A stretch of DNA of 64,000 nt from Octopus sinensis. Taxonomy: Eukaryota. Below, piece by piece: positions 41,114-52,984 of the stretch. Each line of letters opens with the position of its first letter. The first letter of the stretch is position 1. The notes beneath the pieces are model-generated. The model worked only from the letters and a program-made list of their open reading frames with translations. It did no database searches and was not told the origin of the DNA. The DNA lies in assembly GCF_006345805.1 (NCBI RefSeq), contig NC_043008.1, positions 74,586,001-74,650,000 of the forward strand, written 5' to 3'. A program made the position numbers and the translations under genes.

Positions 41114-41115
<2 letters not shown>

Positions 41116-41191
<76 letters not shown>
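41116..41191. repeat. (TTA)n microsatellite
   Basis: Seen directly. Confidence 0.98.
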
Positions 41192-41240
41192 TCACACAAT
41201 AAGATATCATAATATATTAATATATTACAATATACCACAT

Positions 41241-41648
41241 ATAGGTGGTCTGTTAGCAGTTAAATCCTAAAGGCAAGTTAATGAACAAGGGTACAAATTA
41301 ATACCGGTAATTGCTAGAAATAATTGTCAAAACTATTTGAAATAGCCACACAGAGCACTAACCACATGAATTCACGGAAAGCGGGCGGTGGGGCGAGCTA
41401 AAGCACCTTTCGTTGTGAGATGAACTCGCAAAATGAAGTAAATACGTGATTTGGAATTCCAAATCATGTGATAAGGATATGTTTGTTTACTTCATTCTGT
41501 TAGTTCATCTCATAATGAAAAGTGGTTTAGCTCGCTTCCCCGTTTTCCGTCAGTTCATGAGGTTACTGCTCTGTGTAATTATTTCGAGTCGATTTGACTC
41601 TTATTTCTAGCAATTGCCGGTACTGATTTGTAAATTTGTACTCTTGTT
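41241..41648. mobile_element. Foldback/MITE-like element with ~160-bp imperfect inverted arms
   Basis: Arm 41284-41443 (aacaagggtacaaatt...aatgaagtaaa) pairs with 41486-41648; related copies at 50911-51107 and 51286-51435. Confidence 0.8.
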
Positions 41649-41662
41649 ATATATACATATGT

Positions 41663-41702
<40 letters not shown>

Positions 41703-43457
41703 TGTCATGTGTGTATGTATATATGTATGTATGTATGTATGCATGTATGTATGTATGTGTGTATGTATGCATGCATGTATGTATGTATATCAATAGCCCC
41801 AGAGAACTGGATTTTCTCATTTGCATGCAATAAGTGTTTCAGTTCATTTAATATCAGATGCCTGTCAACAGGTAATTTACCCCACACAGTGTCTAGGTAT
41901 GATACATATATAAACCTACTTAGTAGTACTTGGGAGATATACGAACCTGTCAAATTTACCTATTTCTCTATAGATTTCTTTTTAAAAAAATGAACAATCT
42001 TAATCGATTTTCGACCGTTTATTAGGGTCTCCAGTTATGTATATAATATATAATATTTATTTATCAGATGTGTAACGTAAACAAACTCTCTAAAAGACAC
42101 ATTGTCGTTCTTTCTGTCGTTTGATTGAGGTAAGTACTGATTGCGAATCACAACGCGATTATCCATTTTTTATATGTCAAGAACTGTATTCAGTTACCAT
42201 ATTTATGAAAATCATTATAAGTAGATTTATTTTCAAAGATATTTCATCGGCAACCATCGCAATTTTTCTGTTATACTATATGTGTGTGTAGATGTCTGAA
42301 TTACATGCATACATACAACAACATACAGAGTGTTACATTCACCTACAAGTTGTATCCTAGGAAAATATGGATTAGGCATATCAAGATCTCACTGTTATTT
42401 CTAGCAGCTCGAAATAGTATTTTTCGTATATATGTTCACTCGAACAAGTGAACATACGAACATATACACTATTAGATGATATAGCTGCTGGAATAACAAA
42501 TTAAAAACTGTAATTAGACGTCGATTGTTGATGTAATAAAGTATTATAATGGAGACGGGGGTTTATAACTAAAGATAGACATGAAGCTAATTTAGAAGTT
42601 GTGATTTAGAATTGAATAAAATCATTGGAATGTAGAGTTTTAAAAATGTAATTGTAAATTATGTTGCTGTGAAGAACTAGTGGTTATGTGATCGGTTTTA
42701 ACGGAAATGACGTCAAAATACCGGAAGTCTGCACAGACAAAATTGAAAGATGGATTACATTAATCAACACCAAATTATATATAGGAGTGTATGCGCATGT
42801 GCGTCTTTCCGTCTGTCTCTCTATTTCTAAGCATGTATGTATGTATGTATGTATGTATGTATGGATGTATAAGTGTGTGTCTATGTGTAAATATGTATGC
42901 GTATATATGTGTATGTTTGCATTCCTGCATACGCACATTCACACGCACATATATGCACACACACGTACACACGCACACGCACACATGTGTAGTTATATGT
43001 GTGTGTACAAACATCTGAATCACATGTACACATACAACATACTTTGTATATACTATATACATACCTATAAAACTGTTTATCCTCACATCCTCACCCCAAA
43101 CCCACACCCCACATTCGCATTCCCACATCACAACACTACCACGCCACACCACATCATACACCAACAAACCACATCACACCACTCTGCACACACCAGCACT
43201 GACCACTTCCCAGCACCCACATCATCATCCACAACCCACACATTACAGACGCGCACACTTACACACGCACACATCCACACGTCAAAATCAGCAGCTCCTA
43301 TCCACATGTACACACTTACACACTCTCACATATGCATGCGCACCGTTGTTTTGGGATTACCAATACTGTATTATCTCCCCTTCTTCCTAGCTCTCCTCTC
43401 AAACTACCCTTGTCCAGCCAGCCACCATGATTGACCGCCAAAAGTTTTTTTTTTAAT

Positions 43458-43604
43458 TCTCTCTCTGTTTATTTCCTCGTGTCCCATTCTGTTGAAGAGC
43501 GTAGGCTCGAAGCGTACAAGACTTACTCACCTCCCGAGTGTTAAACTAATACATCTGCTTGTTGTTTATACAGCTGTCTCGTCTTTTGTTTTTCTGTAAA
43601 TTTC

Positions 43605-43610
<6 letters not shown>
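43458..43610 (+). mobile_element. Short (~150 bp) dispersed element with a hammerhead-like motif, ending in (TA)n
   Basis: Aligns by eye along its length with 51522-51670; contains CTGTTGA a GAGC gtag GCTC GAAg cgt. Confidence 0.65.
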
Positions 43611-43646
<36 letters not shown>

Positions 43647-43680
43647 TATATATACGCAAACACACATACACACATACATA

Positions 43681-44093
43681 CAGGCGTGGCTGTGTGGTAA
43701 GAAGCTAGCTTCCTAACCACATGGTTCAAGGGTCAGTTCCACTGCGTTGCACTTTGGACAAGTGTCTTCTACTATAGCCTCGAGTCAAGCAAAACCTTGT
43801 GAGTGGTTTTAGTTGACGGAAACTGAAAGAAGCTTGTCATATATAGGTATGTATATCTGTGTGTGTGTATGCGCGCGCGCGTACGTGAGTGTGTTTGTCC
43901 TCCACCACCGCTTGACAATAGGCGCTGGTGTGTTTACGTCTCCGTAACGTAGGGGTTCGGCCAAAGAAATTGATACAATAATTATCAGGCTTAAAAAATA
44001 AATGCTGTGGGTCGATACATTCGACTGAAAATTCTATAAGGAGGTGCCCCAGCATGTCCGCTGTGTAAATACTGTGACAAGTAAAACATAAAA
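43681..44093 (+). mobile_element. SINE family 1 copy
   Basis: caggcgtggctgtgtggtaagaagct...aaccacatggttc...caagtgtcttctactatagcc...ccagcatgtccgc. Confidence 0.88.
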
Positions 44094-44595
44094 TATATAT
44101 GAATTGCTACAAATCCTGAGTAGGATATTGCAACTGTGTTAAATTATAACAGCCATGTATGTGTCACATTTAATGTATATATGTTCCTGTCTTTAGGCTT
44201 TCACTTCATACACACCAGCTCAATTTGATTCGTTCTCACTCGAAAGACAACTGTTGTTATTTCTTGTTGTTTGTATTCGTAATTGTGTACCCTGTTCTCC
44301 GTTTTTTGTTTGTCTTTGTTGCCGTACACATTCACTAGCTTTCTTACAAGGGGTCTAATGCTCTTAGCTTAGACTTTTTGGGGGTAACCAGATCGAACCA
44401 TCTCAAGTGTCACGACCCGGAATGGTCGTGACTTCTGGGACTTGACTGACGAAAGAAAGTCAAGAATGACCCGTTTTTTTTTCTTTTGCCTGTCCTTCTA
44501 ATTGTTGTTTCTCTTGTCCGGCTTTGTATCGTCTATCTGTCTGAACGTTATAATTGCGTTTTGTTCCATTTATATATATATATATATATATATAT

Positions 44596-44828
44596 AGCAA
44601 AATCAAGGAACGGCCATAATAGGCCATTCACCCACTAGAAATAACAGCCAAAGCTTCAACCGCAAAACAACATCAATTCCGCAAACCAGGAGAAAATTAA
44701 AAAAACATTTACCCTGTAGTTTTTTAATTTTCTCCTGGTTTGCGGAATTGATGTTGTTTTGCGGTTGAAGCTTTGGCTGTTATTTCTAGTGGGTGAATGG
44801 CCTATTATGGCCGTTCCTTGATTTTGCT
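44596..44828. repeat. Perfect inverted repeat with 109-bp arms and a 15-nt loop
   Basis: 44596-44704 is the exact reverse complement of 44720-44828; loop acatttaccctgtag. Confidence 0.98.
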
Positions 44829-44928
44829 GTTGAATTTACAAATGGTCTATGACTATTTAATTTTTTCCCACTAGGCCGCTGGTGGCAAAAAAATTCTACG
44901 AAATTTTTTGCCACCCTATATTGATTAA

Positions 44929-45136
<208 letters not shown>

Positions 45137-45250
45137 CATTGACAGACAAGTAACTGTACTTTTCGTCTTATGGTTGTGCTACGTTTAAATATGCAATAAT
45201 AAAAACACACCATTTGGTGTGTGTTTGTTTGTGTGTGTGTGTGTGTGTGT

Positions 45251-45290
<40 letters not shown>

Positions 45291-46328
45291 TGTGTGCATG
45301 GTGATAGATAGATGGATGGAGGAATGGATGGATGGTTGGATAGATAGATAGATAGAAACATCTCTATGAACATATGTGTATAAGAGTGCAGGCGAATAAA
45401 TTCTTCCTGCTTGATAGCCTCTATTAATGACTGTGAGGGCAACCAAGGGCACTTAAAATTAAAATTAATCTCATGAGCAAACTGACAGATAATTTGGTAT
45501 CCCGCTAGAGCAATAAGTTGACCACGCGTCCATTGATGGAAAACGCTTACAGACAAAAGAGATAAGGATTTCTGTTAGTTTATATTTTGGCAACATTAAT
45601 ATTTTAAGATGTTAATCTATCTTTATAAAGCAACTCTTAAAATGTGAGATCTGTTTATGCTAAAGAAAAAAACGAGTTTGAAGTTTTGTTAAGTTATATT
45701 TTATAATTTTGATGCTTTTATTTCCATTGAATAATTTTGATCTATTTATTTCTAATAATTTATTTGGTATACTTTGAATTATGTCTATTTAAATTACGTG
45801 TTACTCTTTATCAAGGGAATGCTAAAATAAGAAAATGGGTATAAAACAATGGGAAACTATAGATGATCCGGAAGTGCTCTCAAAACCACTCACCCGATGA
45901 CGTGAAAGTACACAGCAATTGTTGGATCATATTTATATAATAATGTGTAAAGTATGGGAAATTTAGCAACAGAAACAATTGTTGTGATCTGGATTATAGC
46001 CTGATCATTTCATCTTGTAATATAAATCATTTTGTAAGAATGCTACGTACAATGACAGTTTTCCACGTTAAATCCAGCAAAAAGATTATTCCTACAGTGT
46101 GATAGCATTTGGTAGCTGATTACAGCAGGGGAATTTCAAATGTAGGTGATGTGGTTAGTACTAAGATGATATTAATATACATATATATATATATATGTAT
46201 ATATATATATTAAACTGATAAGACTAGATATTAGACCTTATATATATATATATATACTGTTTATCGGGAACCACGTTGAATGTATTATTGTATGTATAAC
46301 TTACTCCTCCTGTATGTGTATATGTTTG

Positions 46329-47360
46329 GAAGAGAAAACGATGTAATAATTGAAGTAGAAGAAAGATCAATATCATACATGATCTTGTGTTTGTTTATGA
46401 TATGACAATAAGTGGGTTGTATGTATTTTTTTTATTTATCCATACAGCAACGGCAATGATATATATTTATAAGAGAAAAACATGTAATAATTGTAGAAAA
46501 GTAGAAACAAGATTATTTTCATACATGATATTTTGTTTGTTTATTACATGATAATAAGTTAGTTGTATGTGTTATTTTATTTATCAATACAATAATGACT
46601 ATTATCCAATACAGTTCATTGAAATAGATAATTTAGTCATTCTTGAATGTAATGATAGTAATGGTAAATGAAGTTACTGAAGTATTTATGCTGCATTAAG
46701 AATGAATATTTCTTTATGAACAATGTTTTTTTGTTTTATTTCGGGGTACATAAGCCTTTACTACAAAGAGTGGGAATGTTTGAATCAATGAAGTTTGTAC
46801 ACAATTAATCATGTTTAATTTTAATTCAGACAAAATATCTTGATTAATTTTGATTCAAACAAAATATGTAATAGCATAATAGGAGTCCCTTTTTTCAACA
46901 TAAGACAATGAGGAGCTGTACCTGGTGGTTGTAGTGAATTCGATTGTCAATTGAGTTATAAGTGAATACTTTTGGAAGTTTATTCAATAATATATTATTA
47001 ATGGTATGTAGGGGAATATTCTTTTAGTCAGGATAGCTCTGTCACCGATGTAATCTGTATTGTTGTAATTAGGAAGAAGATTAGGAAAGGTTTCATACAT
47101 CAAATGATCGACGGAATCAGCTGAATTATATATTGCATTGAGTGTAAGAAGCTGTTCTTCATCAATCGGAACTCTCCCTTCACCGAGTTTCAAAAGCTGT
47201 TCTGCAAATAGTTCAGCTGACTGATCTCTTGAAAGCGTCCATCTCATTTAATAATTGAAGTAGAAAAGAGATGAACTTCTGTTTGTTTATTATATGATAA
47301 TAGTTAGTTTTATTTTTTAATTTAATTATCAATACTGTAATGGCAATTATCATTCAACTA
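46329..47360 (-). mobile_element. Deleted paralogous copy of the Helitron helicase 3' region, with ~141-bp repeats
   Basis: 46612-46752 matches 48932-49072. QSAELFAEQLLKLGEGRVPIDEE...ETFPNLL...DRAIL parallels the 49.6-49.8 kb translation. Repeat units at 46329-46470, 46471-46612 and partly 47249-47360. Confidence 0.8.
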
Positions 47361-48068
47361 CGGTAATAGTTGAATAATATTCTTAAGGCTGCAATTTACT
47401 CACACGCAGCATCTTTAAGAGCTTGTAGCTTATTCAATTATCAATCAAATTGAAAACTGTTATCATTTTTGAAGAGGAATGGTCCCTAGCTATATTTTTG
47501 CATTAAAACATTGAGATTTCGACCAGTAGAAAAAAAGTTTACATCAAATTTTGTAGCAGCGTTATAGGAGAGTAAGTAACGCCACCAATCAAGTTTAGAT
47601 CTAAATAACTTTTTTTATTTTAAAAGCAAAATATATTTATCTTAGCTTCAATGGTTGAAGAAAGCATGAAGAAGTTTCTAGTTTTGGTCCCATGCAACAA
47701 AAATTTATATAAAAAATGTTGTGATGTAAAATATCACGAAAACATATATAAGCATAATCAACTTTTTTTAATTTTAAAAACGGACTATATTTTAACAAAA
47801 ATTAAATGATAGAGCTCAATTCGAAGAATTTCATGGTATCAATCTCATGCAATGAAACTTTAAAGGAAAAAGTTATGAGTGTTTGTTTCTCAAATATGAG
47901 GGCCATAATATAGTTCTATACTTTTTTATGAATATAGTTCTATAAGGACATTAATATATGTCACCGGCGTCATTGAGGTAAGGAAAAGTTTATCAACGAC
48001 ACCGCTAATTGATACATTTGACACATCATTATTAATTAGCATAATACCATAGCCTGGAAAAAATATGG

Positions 48069-48925
48069 ATTACATGGAAAAATGCGAGCAAGAGAAATAA
48101 TATTCTTTAGATTATAAACCTGGAAAATTACAGGGCAAGTTATTACACTTGGAAAAGTTCAGGACAAGTTATTACATCTGGTAAAGTACAGAATAAGAAA
48201 AGGTTTACTCAAAATATTGCAGCTAAGGGTAAAATTTGAATATTAAAGATTATTTGATTTTAATTTACAAAGTAGCATTATAATTAAAATGATACCATTA
48301 TTTTGCTAAAATATCAACACACCAGAATACTTAAAACATGAGAGCCAATATAGCTAAAGTTTTATGCAAAGCATAATAGTATATATGGTAAGCAAATTCA
48401 TTATGTAAAAAATAGGCATCGACTCAAGACTAAAAATGTGAAGACTTGGCAATAACTAAAGCAAATTTTACTGTGAAGTTTTTGTTATAGGTAGATTTTA
48501 CTGTAATATATAGCTAATTTTTGTATTGTTTTATTTATTGTACTAACTAATTATAAACGACTTATTTTCAAATTTCCGATTGTTAATTAATAATAAAAAA
48601 AAAGAATTTTTTTTTAAAGTGCAAAAAATGTTTTAATGGAGTCAATTTTTATATTTGATAGCAGTAACAAGTAATAATAAAGAGAAGTAATATCTTGTAA
48701 TAGAATTTTTAGTTTTAATAAAAGCTAATATTTTCTAAATCTAAATATTTTATTCGAAATTTTATCCTTAGCTGCAATATTTTAAGTGAAAATGTCCATG
48801 TTCCGTACTTTACCTGATGTAATAAGTGGTTCTGAACTTTTCCAAGTGTATTAACTTCTCCTGTAATTTTCCATATTTATAATCTTAAGAATGTTATTTC
48901 TCTTGCTCGCATTTTTCCATGGAAT
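48069..48925. mobile_element. ~857-bp non-autonomous DNA element with ~190-bp TIRs containing 29-bp direct repeats
   Basis: attacatggaaaaatgcgagcaagagaaataa... at 48069 pairs with ...ttatttctcttgctcgcatttttccatggaat at 48925; AT-rich non-coding interior. Confidence 0.85.
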
Positions 48926-49005
48926 ATAATGCAGTTCATTGAAATAGGTAATTTAGTCATTCTTGAATGTAATGATAGCATTGGAAAATTAAGTTATTGA
49001 ATTAT

Positions 49006-50175
49006 TCATGTTGCATTAAGAGTGAATATTTCTTTATAAACAATATCTTTTGTTATATTTCGGGGTGCATAATCAAAAAGATTAGCTTTTGCTCCCACAC
49101 GTGATGCTCCTACATAATGTTGGCCATATGAAAAGCATGGTTCTTGAAGTTGCAATCCAGCAACTTTTAGTGTTTGGCCCTGACTTTTATTAATGCTCAT
49201 GACAAAAGAAACTCGGATAAGAAACTGTAACCTTTTAAATTGGAATGTGACATTAGATGGAATAACTGGTATTCAAGAAATGAAGACGGTGTCACCTTTA
49301 CCACAACCTGTGAGAATATTTACCTCAATGTAGTTCCTCATAAGTTTGTGCACAATTCATCTTATCCTATTAAATAAATTTGGTTGAGACAAATTACACA
49401 ATAGGATAATAGGAGTCCCTTTTTCAACTGAAGACAACGAGGAGCTGTACCTGGTGGTCCTAGTGAGTTCAAAAATTCGATAGGATAGTTAACACTATCC
49501 TGATCATCAACAACACTGTCAATTGAGTAAGTGAATATTTCTTCCTGAAGCTTATTCAATAGCATATTATTAATGCTATGTACTGCAACATTTTTTTGGA
49601 GCCAGGATAACACGCTCACAGATCCAATCTTTATTGTTGCAATTATGAAGAAGATTAGGAAAGGTTTCATCCAAATCATCGATAGAATGAGTTGAATTAC
49701 ATATGGGGTTGAGTGTAAGAAACAGTTCTTCATTAATTGGAATTCTCCCTTCACCGAGTTTTAAAGGATGCTCTGCAAATAGTTCAGCTGATTGATATCT
49801 TGAAAATCTCAATCTCATATTTTTTGAAAGCTGAAGTGTTTTCACGTGATGCCATAATACAGAAGACTTCATTGAAGCATTGAGATCATCCACTTTTGTT
49901 CCTCTAGGAACAACTGGTAGTGTTTGTCGGAAATCTCCTGACAATAATACTGTGACATTTCCCATTGCAATTTCTAATGTCTCGTAATGTTCTGTCACAG
50001 CTTCAAAAGCCTTTTAGTGGGACATGGTACATTCGTCCCAGTCAATTAAGTGACATCTTTGTATTAGTTCACTCATTGCAGAATTTTTAGATACGTTACA
50101 AACTGGATCTTGTTTGTTAGATAAATCTAAAGGTAACTTGAATGTTGAATGGGCAGTCCAACCTCCTGGGAAGTA
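49006..50175 (-). pseudogene. Helitron PIF1-family helicase domain, frameshifted
   Basis: PGG.TAHSTFKLPL, WDECTMSH, LLSGDFRQTLPVVPRG, LSKNMRL, ERVILAPK, YPIEFLNSL and MSINKSQGQTL...CFSYGQ.YVGASRVG. Confidence 0.93.
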
Positions 50176-50263
50176 ATGTTCAGAGAGTGAGTGACAGGAA
50201 GAGAGAGAGGGGAACAGAGAGAGCGAGAGACGACAAACAGAGAGAGAGAGAGAGGGAGAGAGG

Positions 50264-50294
<31 letters not shown>

Positions 50295-50910
50295 GAAGGA
50301 AAGTGATAGACGACGGAAGGAGAAAGACATAAAGAGAAAGAAAGACAGGAAGGAAGAGAGAGAGAGAATGAAAGAGTGAGAAAATAGAGAGGTAGAGTGA
50401 TAGAGATAGACAGATAAAGATAGAGAAAGAGAGGATACTCACGCTATAAAATAACTGGAACATGAATATATATATATGTGTGTGTGTTCTTTTATTCTTG
50501 CTTCGGTATTTTGACAGAAATGTAACGTTTGATGTGTGTGTGTGTTCTTTTAGTGAGGAAAAGAGGGACAGAAAGAAAGAAAGAGAGACAAAGAGAGAAA
50601 GATGGAGGCGATAAAAAAGAAAGAGAGAGAAAGGGGAAAAGGAAGAGAGTGAGAAAGAAAGAGAGGTAAACAGATAGATAGAGAAGAAAGGAAATCATGG
50701 AGAGATGGTGTTTTACAAATATTATAATAATTATATACATAATTATAACAAGTTATTGACTATAAGCCTCTCCACGCGCTTAAAATAGACGCCAAAAGAC
50801 GCTTGTTATAATTATCCCTAGTTATAATTATGTATATAATAATTATAATATATATGTATACAAAAAGATAATATACTAATATATTAAAGATATACTACAT
50901 GTATTATAAT

Positions 50911-51435
50911 ACAGGTGTCCCGTTAGCAAGTAAAACCTAACGGTAAATTAATAAACAAAGGTACAAATAGTGCCAGCATTGCTAGAAATAAGAGTCAAAA
51001 TGACTCTAATAGCCACACTAAGCACTAACCTCTTGAGTGAACGAAAAGCGAGGGAGCAAGCAAAAGCACCTTTCTATGGTGAGATAAACTCACAAAATGA
51101 AGTAAACTAATATTTCCATATTGTGTTATTTCGAACTCTGATAGTTTTTACCTTTATTCTCATCAGTGGATCTTAGCGATACTCCGGATTAAAAGGATAG
51201 CTTGCTTTGTGCAACTCTCTCTTTTTCTCGAAAAGGTCGAAGTGTATAGAATAATCAAAATATAAAATATTAAATATATTATAATATAGGTGACCTGTAA
51301 GCAATTAAAACCTAAAGGTAAATTAATAAGCAAAGGTACAAATAGTACCTCATGAGGTTTGTGCTTTATGTAGCAATTCGAGTCATTTTTTACTCCTATT
51401 TCTAGCAATGGGTATTTGTATTTGTACCCTTGTTT
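50911..51435. mobile_element. Two further copies of the 41.2-kb foldback family (left-arm copy 50911-51107; internally deleted copy 51286-51435)
   Basis: Shared leader aggtg..c.gt.agca..taaaacctaa.ggtaaattaataa.caaaggtacaaat and shared arm sequences. Confidence 0.75.
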
Positions 51436-51441
51436 ATATAC

Positions 51442-51484
<43 letters not shown>

Positions 51485-51521
51485 ATATTATATATATATA
51501 TATATTCTCTCTCTTCTTATT

Positions 51522-51670
51522 CACTCTCTGTTTATTTTCACGTGTTCCTTTCTGCTGAAGAACGTAGGCTCGAAACATAAAAGACTTCCTCACGTTCCCG
51601 AGCGTCAAACTAGTACACTTGCTTGTTTATACACCTATCTTCGGTTTTTGTTCTGTAAATTTCAACTATA
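51522..51670 (+). mobile_element. Second copy of the ~150-bp hammerhead-like element
   Basis: ccttt CTGCTGA a gaac gtag gctc GAAA cata aaag; ends ...ctgtaaatttcaac(TA)n. Confidence 0.65.
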
Positions 51671-52129
51671 TATGTATATATGTGTGTATGTATGTATGTA
51701 TATATTATGTATGTACTATGTATGTATGTATGTATGTATGTATGTATGTATGTATGCATAACTGCTGCTATGAACCTGTCCGGTACCACTCCCTTACGCA
51801 TACATCACTCACATAAACACAAACACACATGCACACAGATACCACACACACACACATTTCCCCTTTTCGCACTCTCCTGCATTAAAAAAACACTTTCTCT
51901 ATCTCTCTCCATTTCCGGTCACTTCAGTTATGTAACAACACATGCTTTCCTTGAACCTTTTTCCTTCCCTCCTCTTTCTGACAAAGTGCCATGAACGAAA
52001 CATTATACACCCAATCTTTTGCCTGCTTAAACGTCAGCCTTATACATTCACTGTGTAAATCCTTTTGACTTTTGTTGTTTTGTTATTTTTAATTTTCGAT
52101 TTACCCATGTATGTATATACATATATACG

Positions 52130-52172
<43 letters not shown>

Positions 52173-52984
52173 GTATGTATATATATACATATATACGTAT
52201 GTGTATATATATATATATACATATATACATATGCACACACACATATGTATATATACACAAATACACGCACATTACATATATACATATGCGCGCGTGTATG
52301 AGTACGACTGTATATTTTACGTATATATATTCTTTAATAGGTTACTCACAGAATATTTTCCGTTTCGGTTCACAAAAACGGAATGTGTCAAATCTTTTGA
52401 ACTTGAATTGAATATAATCTGCAAACATGAAATCTATTAAAGAAATATAAAAACCTTCCAACCCTGGGGTATTGAGTGCTTTCTGCATCTGCAAACCTTA
52501 TTCACACAAACAATGTATATATTTATATATATATATATATGCGTGTGAATCTATGTTCATGTAGATGTAGATGTTATAAGTACGAATATTTATGTAAGTG
52601 TATGTGTTCGTCTTTTCAGGTGTTGCGTATTTATGAGTATATCTGTACACACAATAAATAAATATATACGTGTGCAACTGTGTACATATGTGTATGGTTC
52701 TTCTCCTCGCAAGAATATACTTATATTTATGCCTCGATACATATACGGTTTGAATTTGTTTACGAAAGCAGAATCTATAGTGAGAAAACTTATTGATTTC
52801 TTCGAGTAGTGAAAATACTGGAGATTGTTTAGAAGATAACTGCCAGTCTTGGAGATATATCAGATAGAGTTAGGCAAAGCAGCATCATGTGAATCAGTTG
52901 AACTTGGCACTTACTCGATTCCTCAGCAAGGAAAATAATACCGCTACCTGGAGATCTCTTGAAATATATCGATCTCTTAGATTG

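Larger units (their letters stand above)
39982..41115 (+). mobile_element. 5'-truncated Penelope-like element (RT thumb plus GIY-YIG) with an inverted terminal segment
   Basis: LLDHVNSIKPSIQFAMEKEKDNQLAFL, TSVYCKPT, LPYVKGLSEKI, NCMYSIPCSCGRLYKGE, RVEEH, SDIADHVW and RKLKEA. Perfect 38-bp inverted repeat 40010-40047 / 41078-41115. Confidence 0.93.

Noticed and set aside
42688-43434. 248-aa His/Thr-rich ORF
   Set aside because: Composed of degenerate TG/CA repeats with no domain signal.
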